This document shows, in pieces, positions 1 through 10,929 of a DNA stretch of 64,000 bases. The stretch comes from an uncultured delta proteobacterium (lineage in GTDB: Bacteria > Myxococcota > Myxococcia > Myxococcales > Myxococcaceae), in NCBI GenBank assembly GCA_963771175.1, contig CAVYSY010000027.1, positions 1 to 64,000 of the forward strand, given 5' to 3'. Position 1 is the stretch's first letter. Every line of letters begins with the position of its first letter. Both the position numbers and the translations under genes were made by a program. Under the pieces are notes generated by a model. That model was not told the origin of the DNA and searched no databases. It saw only the letters and a program-made list of their open reading frames with translations.

Positions 1-751
1 CACGCCCATGGGCACCTCCTTCGCGGATGCGCCCGCCGCGCCCGAGGACTCCACCCGGAACACGACGCCCCACCCGGAGGACCCGTAACATGCGGCCCGG
101 AAAGCGCTCGGCGCGGGACAAGCTCCCCGTGGCCGATCGAACCCGCCGGTTGCAGGAAGAACTTCTGCATCCGCATGTACGAGGACGAGCACCAGGCGAT
201 GCTCGACACCTGCGAGGCCCTCTCCAGTCCCGGCGTCAAGGTGGAGCCCTCACTGCTGTTCACCACCGCCGCCGTGGAGGAGGCGGCACGGCTCGGGTTC
301 ACCCCGAGCACCGCCGGCTCCTCCATCCGCCGCCGGCCGGGCAGCTGGGAGAACGACCCGCCGCCGCGCGACGAGAGCTTCAAGCGGCGCATCACCATCA
401 CCATCCACCCGCTCCACTTCCAGGCCATCCGAAGCGCCGCCGAGTGGGCCGGAGTCGAAGTGCCCCACTTCCTGCGGGGCAGCCTGTGGCGCTTCATCGC
501 CAACCGCCAGCGCGCCGAGCCCGGCAACGCGAAGCTGCGCGCCATCGAGGTGCCGGCGAAGTACCGCACCCTGACCCCCATGCCGCGCTGCCTCTTCCTC
601 CTCGCCCTTCTCCTCGCGCCGCTCCCTGCCCGTGCCGACAGGAGCGAGCCTTTACCGCCACCGCCGTGCTCGCCTACCGGCTGGACACCGGCCACCCCAT
701 CGCTCCCCTGGCCCGCGTCGAGCTGGGGGGCGGCTTCGTGCGCTACTCCCC
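1..751 (+). repeat. Degenerate left copy of a direct duplication (RHH gene plus 5' part of the beta-barrel gene)
   Basis: 1-649 aligns with 5911-6559 at offset 5910 and is near-identical from ~176. 651-751 aligns with ~6801-6905, so ~240 bp is missing from this copy. It may extend beyond the window edge. Confidence 0.9.
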
Positions 752-866
752 TGCCGGGCACGATGTCCCGGAGGGCGACCTTCTTCTTCGATGCCCAGCA
801 GGGGAGCGAGGCCTGGGGAATGCTCGCGTTCCTGCTGCTGGGCCCGCGGCGGCGGAGGTGGAGCTG

Positions 867-1300
867 ATGCATCGAGGGCTCAGCGTTCCAGCGAGGGCCG
901 CCGCACTGCTCGCCGCGCTGCTCGCCGTGACTCCGGGCTGCAGGCCCGCGAACCATGTGTGTGGCTCGGAATTCGGCTGTGTCTGCGACTGCCGGGTCTG
1001 CGCCAGGCGGGGGAGTGACGGCACCTGCGCGCACGAGGAGGTTCGGCGGGAAGCGGCAGCTGGTGTTCTCCCAGGACGCGGACAAGCCTTCCGAGTGTGA
1101 GGCGGTGGCCCGGGCCGCGCTGGAGAGCATGGGCGAGCAGTGTACCCGGATCTGCGGGCAGACCCTGCGCGATGTCCAGGGGCTCGACGTACTGGGCTGC
1201 GACATCGCTCCGCCATCCGCCCAGCCGTTGCAGGTGGTCGAGACCGATGACCCGGATCTGCGCGCAGTTGGATGTCATGGAGAGGAAGGACTGACCATGC
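867..1300 (+). pseudogene. Small Cys-rich putative lipoprotein, frameshifted
   Basis: MHRGLSVPARAAALLAALLAVTPGC signal/lipobox-like start, then CGSEFGCVCDCRVC; continues in another frame (CEAVARAALESMGEQCTRIC). Confidence 0.4.
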
Positions 1301-1758
1301 CGATGCTCATGAAGAAATCCTCGTGGCGGGTGCTCGTGCTGCTGGCAACCGCCGGCTGCGGCGCGACGGAGACCCAGGAGAAGCAGTATACGGGAGGTGT
1401 GGCGGGAGCCGTCCGCCCGGAGCTGCACCAACCACGTGTTTTGCTCTGGGAGCAGCCGCAAGGTCGTCACCTTCAGCTACTTCAATGAGGACGGTCGGCA
1501 CTGGAAGATGCCCCTCACCCACTCGCCGGGCGCACGGAGCTTCTCGCTGGCCGCTCCGGCAATCATCGAGCAGTGGGAGGTCTTGGAGGGAATGCTGTCG
1601 CTCGGCAACACCCGCGCGGCCTTCGAGTGCTCGAGGAGAAGCTCGCCGTGGGGGAGTCCCCATATCGCGTGAGTTACCTCCGCCCGCCGGCCGAGCTCCA
1701 GACGAAGCTCGTGGAAGCCCTCCAGCAGGACGGTACCTGGTCGGCGAAGCGCTACTGA
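1297..1758 (+). pseudogene. Putative lipoprotein, frameshifted
   Basis: MKKSSWRVLVLLATAGC lipobox; the coding-like sequence continues across frames (1397 and 1573 ORFs) to a stop at 1758. Confidence 0.4.
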
Positions 1759-1792
1759 GCCGACGACGGAGCAGCGGGCCTCGCGCTCGACG

Positions 1793-2845
1793 TCAAGAGG
1801 GCTCCCGCGTGTAGCTCTCCGGCCCCCAGAACCATTCGATGCGCGCCTGTCGGCGCCGCTCCTCCAACCATGCCTCGAACAGCGCGTCCCGGCAGGCCGT
1901 GCGGGTGGCCTCATCGAACCGCGCTGGATGGCGTGCCAGCACGATGAGGAGCTCGAAGCCTCTCTCTCCCGCGAGAGCCCACCACGGACTCAGGCGAGGC
2001 GCCAAACAGGGCGGAGCGCACCTCGGGGCGGACGCCTTCCCGGCGCATCCGCCCGAAGGTGAGCTGAGTGGGATGGAGGCCGTCTGCCTGGACAGCGCGT
2101 TGCACGGGAAGCAGCGAGCCGGCGGGCCCGGCTTCGAGCACCGCGGTCTTCAGCGAGCGCAGCCATGGGGCGTCCTCATGTCGGACCGTGACGGTGGAGA
2201 GCTCGTCGAGTTCCTCGCGGTGGGTCTGGAACCAGGCCTCTTCCCGGCCTCCCGCGATACGCTGCTTCAAGCTCTCCGTCAGCTGCTGTGCTTCGACGTG
2301 CCGCTCAAGTCGCTCGTGCGAGAGACCCCGTGCCTCCAGCCAACGCTGGGTGTCTTCAGCGCGAAGCAGTCCGCGCCGGATGCGGAAGACGTCCAGCGCC
2401 TGCTGGAGCTCGCGGTCCGAGAGGTGCAGGTCTCTCTTCCTGATTTCCTGGCGGATCGGCGCTCATCCACCAGGCGCGTCAGTACACGTGAGTCACTCCA
2501 CTGGAAGTCGAGCCTCGCCATCAGGGTCTCGACATCCAGCAACTCCCCGTCGACGCGCACCACATGCTTGTCGCTCCAGCGCTGGACTCCCCGCAGGCCA
2601 GGGGACGGCCTCCTCCTGGCCATGACAACCGTCTCGCGGCCATGTGTCAGCAGCAGGTCGTAGTGCACCTCGGACTCGGGCCCGGTGGCCTCCCACACCA
2701 GCTCCAACCCGAGCGCCGGGGCCCGGAGGCGCAGGTGCTCCAGCTCGCGCAAGGCGTTCCGGGGCTCGACTCGCCGGGCGGTCAGGTCGCGCAGCCACGC
2801 CAGCGCCACCGGGAGGAAGCGCTCCAGCTCTCGAGGCTCGCTCAT
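1793..2845 (-). CDS. TIGR04500-like (PpiC-related) peptide maturation system protein, 2 frameshifts
   Basis: Joined frames give LELVWE..HYDLLL..LRGVQRWS..VVRVDGE..LDFQW, then LSDRELQQALDVFR..AEDTQRWLEARGLS, ending WLEERRRQARIEWFWG. Recognised from memory of the family. Overlaps the ATP-grasp stop. Confidence 0.75.
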
Positions 2846-3835
2846 GCGGCACCGCCAGTCCTTCGGAGGGAGGGGGTTGCGGCGGGCTCGCGGGCGAGCT
2901 GGAGGAAGGAGTCGCAGAGCGCCTCGCTGATGGGCAGGCCGGTGAGGGATTCAATCCACTCCCACTGGCCGCTCGGGTTGATTTCGAGGAACACATAGCG
3001 GCCGTCCGGAGTGAGCACGAGGTCGATGGCGCCAAAGCACAGCCCCAGCGCCTTCACGAGGGCCATGCAGCGCTCCGCCACATCTCGGGGAAGCTCATGG
3101 GAAAGGTGGGGCGTGCGCCGCAAGGTGTAGTGGCGCCAGTCATGCCGGGTGCGGTGGGTGGCCTGGGAATGGATTTCCGCGGCGAAGATGCGCTCTCCCA
3201 CCACGGTGGCGCGAATCTCCACTCGCTTGGGTACATAGCGCTGGAAGATGACGGGAGAGAGGCGCAGGGAGCGGAAGTGGGCCACATCCCGTGGCGTGAC
3301 GAACTGCGTGTAGCGGGCGAATGGCTTGAAATGGAAATCCAATCCCCAGCCGAGCAGCTTGCTGACGACCTGTCCTCCCTGGGCCCGGTAGAAGTCGAGG
3401 AATTCCGAGGGCCCATTGGAGACGAGGGTCGGGGCTCGAACCAGGGTCTGGGCCAGGCGCAGTTGCGCGAGCTTGTGCTCGGCCTGGAAGAGCCGGGGAA
3501 GGCGGCCGGCAGGGCAGGGCATCCCAGAGGTTGTTGATGAAGCCCCGGCTGTCCTCTTCGATGAACCGTCTCGTGGCCTCGTCCTGGACGTGCCCGGGCG
3601 CGACGGGCCAGCCGGGCCGGCGGAACCAACCGACCTGGACCCGCTCGAGTTCGAGTGCTTCGGAGCCTCGTCGGAGGACTCCCGTGACTTCCGTTCCCCG
3701 GAAGCGGAGGCTGCTCTCCGTGCGTTCTGGATATTCGACCGGGTCGAACCAGAACACCTCGGCTCCGCGCTCCTGGAGCCGTTGGGCCACCTGCGCCGCT
3801 GGCCCGTCACCGGACTGAGAGACAATGAGGATCAA
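2842..3835 (-). CDS. ATP-grasp peptide maturase (RimK/MvdC-D-like graspetide synthetase), frameshift near 3515
   Basis: N-term MILIVSQSGD..WFRRP; C-term HKLAQLRLA, PVIFQRYVPKRVEIRATVVG, DWR, FGAIDLVLTPDGRYVFLEINPSGQW. Confidence 0.88.
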
Positions 3836-3945
3836 GGCGCCTCGGAGGTAGGCAGCGGGACCAAGAAAGAGGGGAAGTCCAGACGAAAGGCCGGGAGGCT
3901 GGGCGAGGTGCTCCCGGCAGTGATGGCGATGTGCTTGAAAGGTGT

Positions 3946-4140
3946 TCAGCCGCAGATCAAAACCCTGTCCTCCCTGCAGGACGCCGTGTCATTGTCATAC
4001 GTCGGAGCCGTGCCGACGTCGTCGCACTGCATACCACCAGTCACCAGTTCGAGCTCCGACTCTGGAATCACCGTCATGGCTTCAGGCGCGACAGAGTCCA
4101 CGACGAGATCGGCAACCACCGTACGGACGTTCTTCTTCAT
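3946..4140 (-). CDS. RiPP precursor peptide with double-glycine leader (64 aa)
   Basis: The leader ends ..ESELELVTGG; core MQCDDVGTAPTYDNDTASCREDRVLICG; lies ~110 bp upstream of the ATP-grasp gene on the same strand. Confidence 0.8.
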   Translation of the reverse strand: MKKNVRTVVADLVVDSVAPEAMTVIPESELELVTGGMQCDDVGTAPTYDNDTASCREDRVLICG

Positions 4141-4239
4141 TGTGATCTACCCCCACTGTGAACAACGGCCACTACACTCCGTCTTCTTTGTGTTCCCTTG
4201 CTTGCCTTCGGGGAGAGAGCTTCCTCTTCGCTGGGATCG

Positions 4240-5091
4240 TCAATGTTCGGATGGAGAGCCGGCTGGCGGGGGCGAGGCTGTGATGGCAGCCACATATAGG
4301 ATTCCATGGAACGCAGGCTGTGATGAACCCCTGGCGAAGATGTCCCCCAATTCGGCGAAACGTTCGGTGCCGAGTTCCTCTGCCCCGAAGGCTTGACGCA
4401 CCCCGCAGGGCACAGGGCAACCCCAGTAGGTTTCCTTGGAGTGGCGTACGTCGAGCGAGAAGATTGGATGTCCCCAACGCAGAAGCATGCCCCCGGCGCG
4501 GTCTTCCAAGTCGATGCGCGTGTGGTTGTTGCCCGCTTCCACCACGATGAACGCATCAGGCCGGGCCGCTCGCACCTGCTGGATGGTGTCGGCCATGTCC
4601 CAATCCGCTGGGAGCTGATGGTACGACGGCTGTTGGAGCATGAAGACCTCCACGTCCAGCCCCTGCTGGCGCAAGCGCCGCATCCGCTCCAGCAGCTTGA
4701 CCGCCGCGGCACTCGTCCGGCCATCGGGCCATTCCGGGTGCCAGAGGTCCTCACTCAGCAACATGGCGAGGTCCGCCTCTGTTCCCTTCGACTCCAGGAA
4801 CCGGTCGATGCTCGCCTGATACTTCTGGCTCATCTCCAAGCCGACCCGGACCGGATGGCCCGCGCGAGCGGCGCGGCAGGCGAGGTCTCCCACGGCCTGG
4901 GGAATCTCCTCGGTTCCATGGAGCTCTCCGAGGAGGAGGGTGACACCCTTCTGGAGCAGTGGTTCCGTCCCTCGGATGGGAGGCCCACACTCCTCATCGA
5001 CGGAAGTGGCCTCCTGCATCTGGTCCTTGCAGCCAAAGATGCAAACCACGAGACCCAGAAACATCAGCACTCTCGCCAGGGCGTCGTTCAT
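4240..5091 (-). CDS. Lipoprotein of the EreA/ChaN-like superfamily
   Basis: Lipobox VCIFGC; LLLGELHGTEEIP, VGLEM, DGRTS and AGNNH motifs. Confidence 0.6.
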   Translation of the reverse strand: MNDALARVLMFLGLVVCIFGCKDQMQEATSVDEECGPPIRGTEPLLQKGVTLLLGELHGTEEIPQAVGDLACRAARAGHPVRVGLEMSQKYQASIDRFLESKGTEADLAMLLSEDLWHPEWPDGRTSAAAVKLLERMRRLRQQGLDVEVFMLQQPSYHQLPADWDMADTIQQVRAARPDAFIVVEAGNNHTRIDLEDRAGGMLLRWGHPIFSLDVRHSKETYWGCPVPCGVRQAFGAEELGTERFAELGDIFARGSSQPAFHGILYVAAITASPPPAGSPSEH

Positions 5092-5910
5092 CGCACTCCC
5101 CCACGTCGGATTACCGGGAATGCTACAAGATCGGATTGGCTTTCCCGGTGAGCTGTCTTTCCCAGCTTCGGGTTTCGTACTCTCGCATGGCGTGGGTTCG
5201 GGTTTTTGAACATCCAGGGCAACTGGCCCGAGCCGGCCAGCGCCAGGCACTCCTCCGTGCCGCGCCGCCGGCCCAAGCGCGTCCGATAGCCCGCCCCTGT
5301 CTTGAGCGCCTCGGATTGTCGTGTTATACCACGACAACATGGGAGGTCATTCCACCTCCGATGTCCTCGGGAAGTCACCCGCCGATGCGACCCTCCGACA
5401 AGGCTCGGACGATTGCCGCCCGCATCGCGGCCTCCGTCATCCGCCACGAGGTGCAATCCCGCTCGTTCCTGGAGCTGTACCTGACCGCGTCGGACCAGGA
5501 GCAGGTGGTGGAGGGAGATGCGCCAGCTCGCGACGACGCTAGAGGTGCTCTGCGCCTCCAGCCTTCCGGCCCTCACGCCCCACCAGGCGTGACCCATCCT
5601 CGTTTCCACACCCGCAGCCCCGTCCCAACCGCCCATGTCCCAGGACCTGCCCGCCACCGCCCTGCGCACCATCATCGGAAGCCGAGCCCGACCCTCATAC
5701 CGGCGGCGCCCCGGAGCGAGCTTCCGGGGAAATCGACGCACCGGAGCCCTCCACCGGGGAACACCCGGAACCAGAGGAGCCACGACCGGGCTCGCTGAAA
5801 CAGGAGCCGTCCGCACCCGCTCCTTCACAGGCCCCCGCTCGCCGCCGTTCCTCACCGGCCCCGGCCGCGCCGGCCCGGGAAACAGCCCCCAGGCCACGCC
5901 GCTCCCTCGC

Positions 5911-6905
5911 CACCCCCATGGGCACCTCCTTCGCGGATGCGCCCGCCGCGCCCGAGGACTCCACCCGGAACACGACGCCCCACCCGGAGGCCCCGTAACA
6001 TGCGGCCCGGAAAGCGCGCTCAGCACCAGGACAACTCCCCCGTGGCCGATCAGACCCGCAACTCCAAGAACTTCTCCATCCGTATGTACGAGGACGAGCA
6101 CCAGGCGATGCTCGACACCTGCGAGGCCCTCTCCAGTCCCGGCGTCAAGGTGGAGCCCTCGCTGCTGTTCACCACCGCCGCCGTGGAGGAGGCGGCACGG
6201 CTCGGGTTCACCCCGAGCACCGCCGGCTCCTCCATCCGCCGCCGGCCGGGCAGCTGGGAGAACGACCCGCCGCCGCGCGACGAGAGCTTCAAGCGGCGCA
6301 TCACCATCACCATCCACCCGCTCCACTTCCAGGCCATCCGAAGCGCCGCCGAGTGGGCCGGAGTCGAAGTGCCCCACTTCCTGCGGGGCAGCCTGTGGCG
6401 CTTCATCGCCAACCGCCAGCGCGCCGAGCCCGGCAACGCGAAGCTGCGCGCCATCGAGGTGCCGGCGAAGTACCGCACCTGAGCCCCCCATGCCGCGCTG
6501 CCTCTTCCTCCTCGCCCTTCTCCTCGCGCCGCTCCCGGCCCGTGCCGACAGGAGCGAGCTCTACACCCTGCTGCGAGGATGACACCGGGCCGCGGTTCGT
6601 TCTCTGGCCCCTTCGACGGCACGCCCCCGGCCCTCAACTTCAGCGCGGGCGTGCAGCTCGTCGCCTATTACGGCCTCACCCACTCGTTGCACGTCGGGGC
6701 CGCGTTCGGCTTCTCCGGGGGGCTCAATACCGCGTACCAGCGCATGACGCTCCAACTCGAGGACGGCTCGCGCCCCACGGGAGACCTCTTCGAGGACTTC
6801 TTCACCGTCACCGCCGCCGCCGTCCTCGCCTACCGGCTGGACACCGGCTACCCCCTCGCGCCCCTGGCCCGCGTCGAGCTGGGGGGCAACTTCGTGCGCT
6901 ACCCC
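5911..6905 (+). repeat. Fuller right copy of the direct duplication
   Basis: Direct sequence match to 1-751. Confidence 0.9.
6000..6482 (+). CDS. Putative DNA-binding protein with two ribbon-helix-helix-like units
   Basis: KNFSIRMYEDEHQAMLDTCEAL and KRRITITIHPLHFQAIRSAAEWAGVEVPHFLRGSL both fit a strand-helix-helix (CopG/Arc-like) pattern; fold inferred. Confidence 0.5.
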   Translation: MRPGKRAQHQDNSPVADQTRNSKNFSIRMYEDEHQAMLDTCEALSSPGVKVEPSLLFTTAAVEEAARLGFTPSTAGSSIRRRPGSWENDPPPRDESFKRRITITIHPLHFQAIRSAAEWAGVEVPHFLRGSLWRFIANRQRAEPGNAKLRAIEVPAKYRT

Positions 6906-7115
6906 CACGGGGAGTTCTTCCCGGACCAGACGCGGCTCGCCCTGGCCCTGCCCACACGCTCGGAGCTGGTGCCCTCGGCGCGCCTGGTCATGGCTGTCGA
7001 GTACCGCTTCGCCGACCGGTGGGTGGCCTCCGTCGGGCTCTCCGCCCGCCGCCATTTCGGCGGACGCTCGCCGTGGCTGCTCACCGTGCCCCTGTCCGCG
7101 GGGGTCATCTGGTGA
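6490..7115 (+). CDS. Putative outer-membrane beta-barrel protein, frameshift near 6575
   Basis: Signal peptide MPRCLFLLALLLAPLPARA; alternating amphipathic strands; aromatic C-terminal residue (GVIW). Confidence 0.55.
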
Positions 7116-7127
7116 GAGCTCCCGCCG

Positions 7128-8281
7128 TCATCTGAGGCGGGGCTGGCAACCCCACAGGCGTCATGTCCTCCGAGGCCGAAGAACAAGACCAACCCTCCCC
7201 ACAGGAGTCCAGGTCGAGCGGATCGCACCGGCGGAAACAGGTGCTGACGGTGGCGCCGCCCATCCCGCAGACCTGGTCCGGGGGGCAACTGTCCGCCCGG
7301 AATGGGTTGCACAGGCGGGCGCACCAGAACACCGCATGGCCGCGAAACGTGCGCATGTTGCAGCGCTCGCCCTCGGCGCATGGGGACTCCGGGCAGTCGC
7401 CTCGAACACTGGAAAAACATTGATGTAAGCCGCGACCGAATTCCTTGCAGCGCTGTCCCTCGGGGCACCCGAGCTGGCGGCAGTCAGGGTAGCAACCCGC
7501 TCCATTGAGGCTGTCCTGACAGGAATGACCCGCGGGACAGCCCGACGGGTCATCCAGGCGGCAGGGGACGGTGCAAAGGCCCGAGAGGCACACCAGCCCC
7601 TCCCGGCAGCCCCCCGCCGACGAGAATGGGCAGTGTATCGCAATGCTCCCCCTCCTGGCGCACCCCCTCGGGGACGCAGCGGCGTATCAAGGTGGGGCCG
7701 GTCGACCCACCGCCAACCCGGCGGCAGACGAAGCCCGGGAAACAATGCGTGTCCTCCTCGCACTCGGAGGCCATGCACTCGAAGCGGCGTGTCTCTCGAT
7801 TGGCCACGCAGCCCTGTCCCGCCGGACAATCCCCATCCGTGCGACACCCTCCGCAGGTGAACGTGCCTCCGTCGTAGGTGCAACGCAGCCCCTCGACGGG
7901 GATTCCATCCGCGGCAATCTCCGAAACGGAGAGGGGGGGCCGCGAGAAGCCCGGTGCCGCCTCCCCACTCTCCTGTGCGTCGACGAGGGCGGGACTGGCT
8001 CGCGGCCCGCTCGTGGCCTCCGGCCAGGAGCCTGTCGTAACGAGAGTCGCGGAAGAGGAGGACTCCAGCGCCGCATGGATGCTGAAGCCCTCGGTGCGCG
8101 GCGGCGGTCTCGCCCCGTCAACCCGCGATGACTCCCCCGTACCTTCGAGTGGAACCGGCATGGAACTCGGGTTCGCCGTGTCGGCGGAAAGCCAGGCCAG
8201 CAGACCCGCTCCGATCGCGACCGCCACCACGACCAGAACCGCGAGTGCCGTCCAGGAGTTGCTCTGTGTCGTGCGCCGCAT
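7128..8281 (-). CDS. Cys-rich membrane-anchored protein, paralog A, 2 frameshifts
   Basis: N-terminal TM segment, low-complexity linker, then CGGCRTDGDCPAGQGCVANRETRRFECMASECEEDTHCFPGFVC..IRRCVPEG; the corrected end is MTLWGCQPRLR*. Confidence 0.75.
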
Positions 8282-8503
8282 GAGGGTCTCGGAGCGAAGT
8301 ATTGAAAAGCGAAACGCCGGAAACGAGACATCCAGCGGCCGCCTTATCGAGTGCTCCGTAACGCGTGGCTCCCAAGCCGGGTTGCATGTCACATGGAAAC
8401 AGGGGCTCGTAATGTCAGGAAGAGGTCACGGATGGAGGCGGCTGCTTGCGCTGGAAACCGCTGAACGTGCAGACTTCCGGCAAGTCTTCGAACGGGGTTT
8501 AGC

Positions 8504-8665
8504 ATGGTGAGCAGGAAGCTTCTTCTGCGAGTTCTCTTGGCCGCTGGACTCGTCGGCGTACTCTCTGGTGGATTGGCAGCTGCCATGCAAAGCGAGTGTT
8601 GGATTTGCAAGTCGTGCGGTTGTGGCAACGATGGTAGAGACCTCATCTGCTGCAACGAGTGCTAG
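8504..8665 (+). CDS. Small secreted Cys-rich peptide (53 aa, 7 Cys); below the ORF-track cutoff
   Basis: Manual translation: MVSRKLLLRVLLAAGLVGVLSGGLAAAMQSECWICKSCGCGNDGRDLICCNEC*. Signal peptide ends AAA. A homologous leader occurs at 26372. Confidence 0.8.
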   Translation: MVSRKLLLRVLLAAGLVGVLSGGLAAAMQSECWICKSCGCGNDGRDLICCNEC

Positions 8666-8681
8666 AAAGCGGCGTCAGCAA

Positions 8682-9831
8682 TTGAGGTACGCACGGCACA
8701 AAGCCATCCTCCTGCTGGTGCTCGCGAGCGGAATGCTGATGCTAGGAGTGGGCCTGCTGACCAACTCGTCCGCGCCCACCGTGGACGCGGACACCTCCGA
8801 GAACACGGGCACCTCGGGGCGCGCATTGATTCCGACCGCCGGGCCTCCGTCCCGCGACGCCTCCCCCGACTCCACACCGCTCTCCGCGTCCGCCCCGGAG
8901 CCCAGCCCCAGCGCTCGCGGCCGTGCTCTCGAAGCGGGCCGAACCGCCATCTCCTCTACCGTTCAGCGCGCTCCACCCGGCTCCCGCCGCGCCCGTCAGC
9001 CGCCCCTCCGAAACCACGCGCCTCATGAGCCTGCCCCTGGAGTCCCAGGAGCTCATGCCAGATGGGCTTCCCGCCTCCGCCGTGCGCTGCACGCGGGACG
9101 GAGGTGTCTACACTTGCGGTGGCTGCCGCTCGGACGGCGATTGTCCCCCTGGGAGAGCCTGCCTCCCCCACCGCGAGACACGCCGCTTCGAATGCCTGGA
9201 CTCCGAGTGCGAGGAGGACGTGCACTGCTTCCCGGGCTTCGTCTGCCGCGCCCTCAACAGCGGGGCACCCCGCATCCGCCGCTGCGTGCCCGAAGGCCAG
9301 CGGCAGGAGGGCGAGCCGTGTGACGCCTCACCGTCATCACCCCAAGCCACCTGCCGGGAAGGACTGAGGTGCGTCCTGGGAGTTTGTGGACCCTCCTGTC
9401 TTCCAAATGACCCGGGGAGCTGTCCCGCCGACCATGTCTGTGAGGAGGGCCCCGATGGTCCGGCCTGCGTCCCCGACTGCCGGAGGCGCGGATGTCCCGA
9501 GAACCAGCGCTGCAAGCGACTCTACGACTCGCGGTACCAGTGCTTCCGCGTCGACCATGGGAGTTGCCCCGAGACGCCCTGCCCCGAGGGGTACCAGTGC
9601 AACATGGCGATTCGCCGCGGCCGGGGCATTTTCTGGTGTGGCCGCACGTGTGACCCCCACCTCGCGGGAAGCTGCCCCACCGGGGAAGTGTGCGGAACGA
9701 TGCGTGGACTCTCCACCTGCTACCGCCAGTGCAACCCGTCAGGCTCCGACGCCTGTGGCGAGGGCTGGGGGTGTGCTTCCGGCGCGAAGGACCTGAGCTT
9801 CTGGGGCTGCATGCCGGCCTTTGGCCCGTGA
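8682..9831 (+). CDS. Cys-rich membrane-anchored protein, paralog B, frameshift near 8920
   Basis: TTG start 16 bp after the peptide gene; TM segment AILLLVLASGMLMLGVGLL; same Cys array as paralogs A and C; ends FWGCMPAFGP. Confidence 0.78.
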
Positions 9832-9843
9832 GGGCCCCGCAGC

Positions 9844-10725
9844 TCAGCGGCGCGCCGCCTTGACCTCGAAGACGACCTCGGCGGCGGCCTTGCGCCGGCC
9901 CGCGGTGGCCGTCACCACCGTGCGCCCCGGCCCCATCGCCGTCACCTGCCCGGTGGGGGACACCGTCGCCACCGACCAGTCCGAGCTGAACCAGGTAACG
10001 GGCACATCCGTGAGGACGAGTCCCCGGCTGTTGAACGTCTTGGCACGCAGTTGGAGCTGCTGCCCCACCTTCGCGAAGACAAGGTGAGTGGGCTCTACCT
10101 CCACCCGCGCGAAGTCCGAGCGCACCACCTGCACCTGAAGGTTGCGGCTCAGCGGCGGCACCATGGCCGTGATGGTGGCCCGACCCGGCGCCACTCCCAC
10201 CAGCCGCCCGTTCTCCACCTTCGCCACGGACTCGTCGCTGGAGCTCCACACCGGCGGCACGTCCACCAACGGCTTGCCCAGCTCGTTCTTCACCACCGCC
10301 GAGATGGAGATGGATTTGCCAGCCAGCAGGAAGTCCGCCCCATCCACGCGGATGTCCACCAGGCTGGGGATGGACACCTGCACGTCCACCGCGGCCCGGG
10401 CCTTGCCCGCCGCCGCGGAGATGGTGGCCTTGCCGGACCTGCGCGCCACCACCACGCCGTTGTCCACCGTCGCCACCTCCGGCGCCGAGCTCACCCAGCG
10501 CAGCTTCGGGTCCTCCACCGGCTGGCCCTTCGCGTCGAGTGCGACGGCTTGCAGCACCATCGACTCGCCGGGGGCGTGCAGCGGCCGGTTCTCCGGCATG
10601 GTCAGGGTGAGCGATTCTGGAGCGGAACGGCAGGCCCCGAGCACGAGGACGGACAGCAGGAGCAGCGAGCGGGCAGGGAACAGAGAAGTCACGGCGGTGG
10701 GGGGAATGTATTTCGATACGGGCAA
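9844..10725 (-). CDS. Ig-like (Big_2) repeat lipoprotein
   Basis: Lipobox VLGAC; three repeats of WxSSxxxVAxV..G.V...PGxATI. Confidence 0.85.
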   Translation of the reverse strand: MPVSKYIPPTAVTSLFPARSLLLLSVLVLGACRSAPESLTLTMPENRPLHAPGESMVLQAVALDAKGQPVEDPKLRWVSSAPEVATVDNGVVVARRSGKATISAAAGKARAAVDVQVSIPSLVDIRVDGADFLLAGKSISISAVVKNELGKPLVDVPPVWSSSDESVAKVENGRLVGVAPGRATITAMVPPLSRNLQVQVVRSDFARVEVEPTHLVFAKVGQQLQLRAKTFNSRGLVLTDVPVTWFSSDWSVATVSPTGQVTAMGPGRTVVTATAGRRKAAAEVVFEVKAARR

Positions 10726-10929
10726 GGCGCCAGCATTTACAAGCCCGCTTCCCCCCGCATGGCCGCCTGCTCCGCTGGGGACCTGGCACGACGTGGAAGA
10801 AGTGTGGAGTCTCCAACGCTCGCTTCACGACTGGCGGGCTGACGAGCGGCTCCACCGCCCTACCCTGCCGGCGAGGGTGGACGCCGGGCTCGGATCTGCC
10901 CAGGCTCAAGGGAACATGGGGGACCTACT

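Noticed and set aside
175..867. RHH protein fused to a MYXO-CTERM-like tail (..MLAFLLLGPRRRR)
   Set aside because: It arises from loss of the stop codon and spliced fragments in the degenerate repeat copy.
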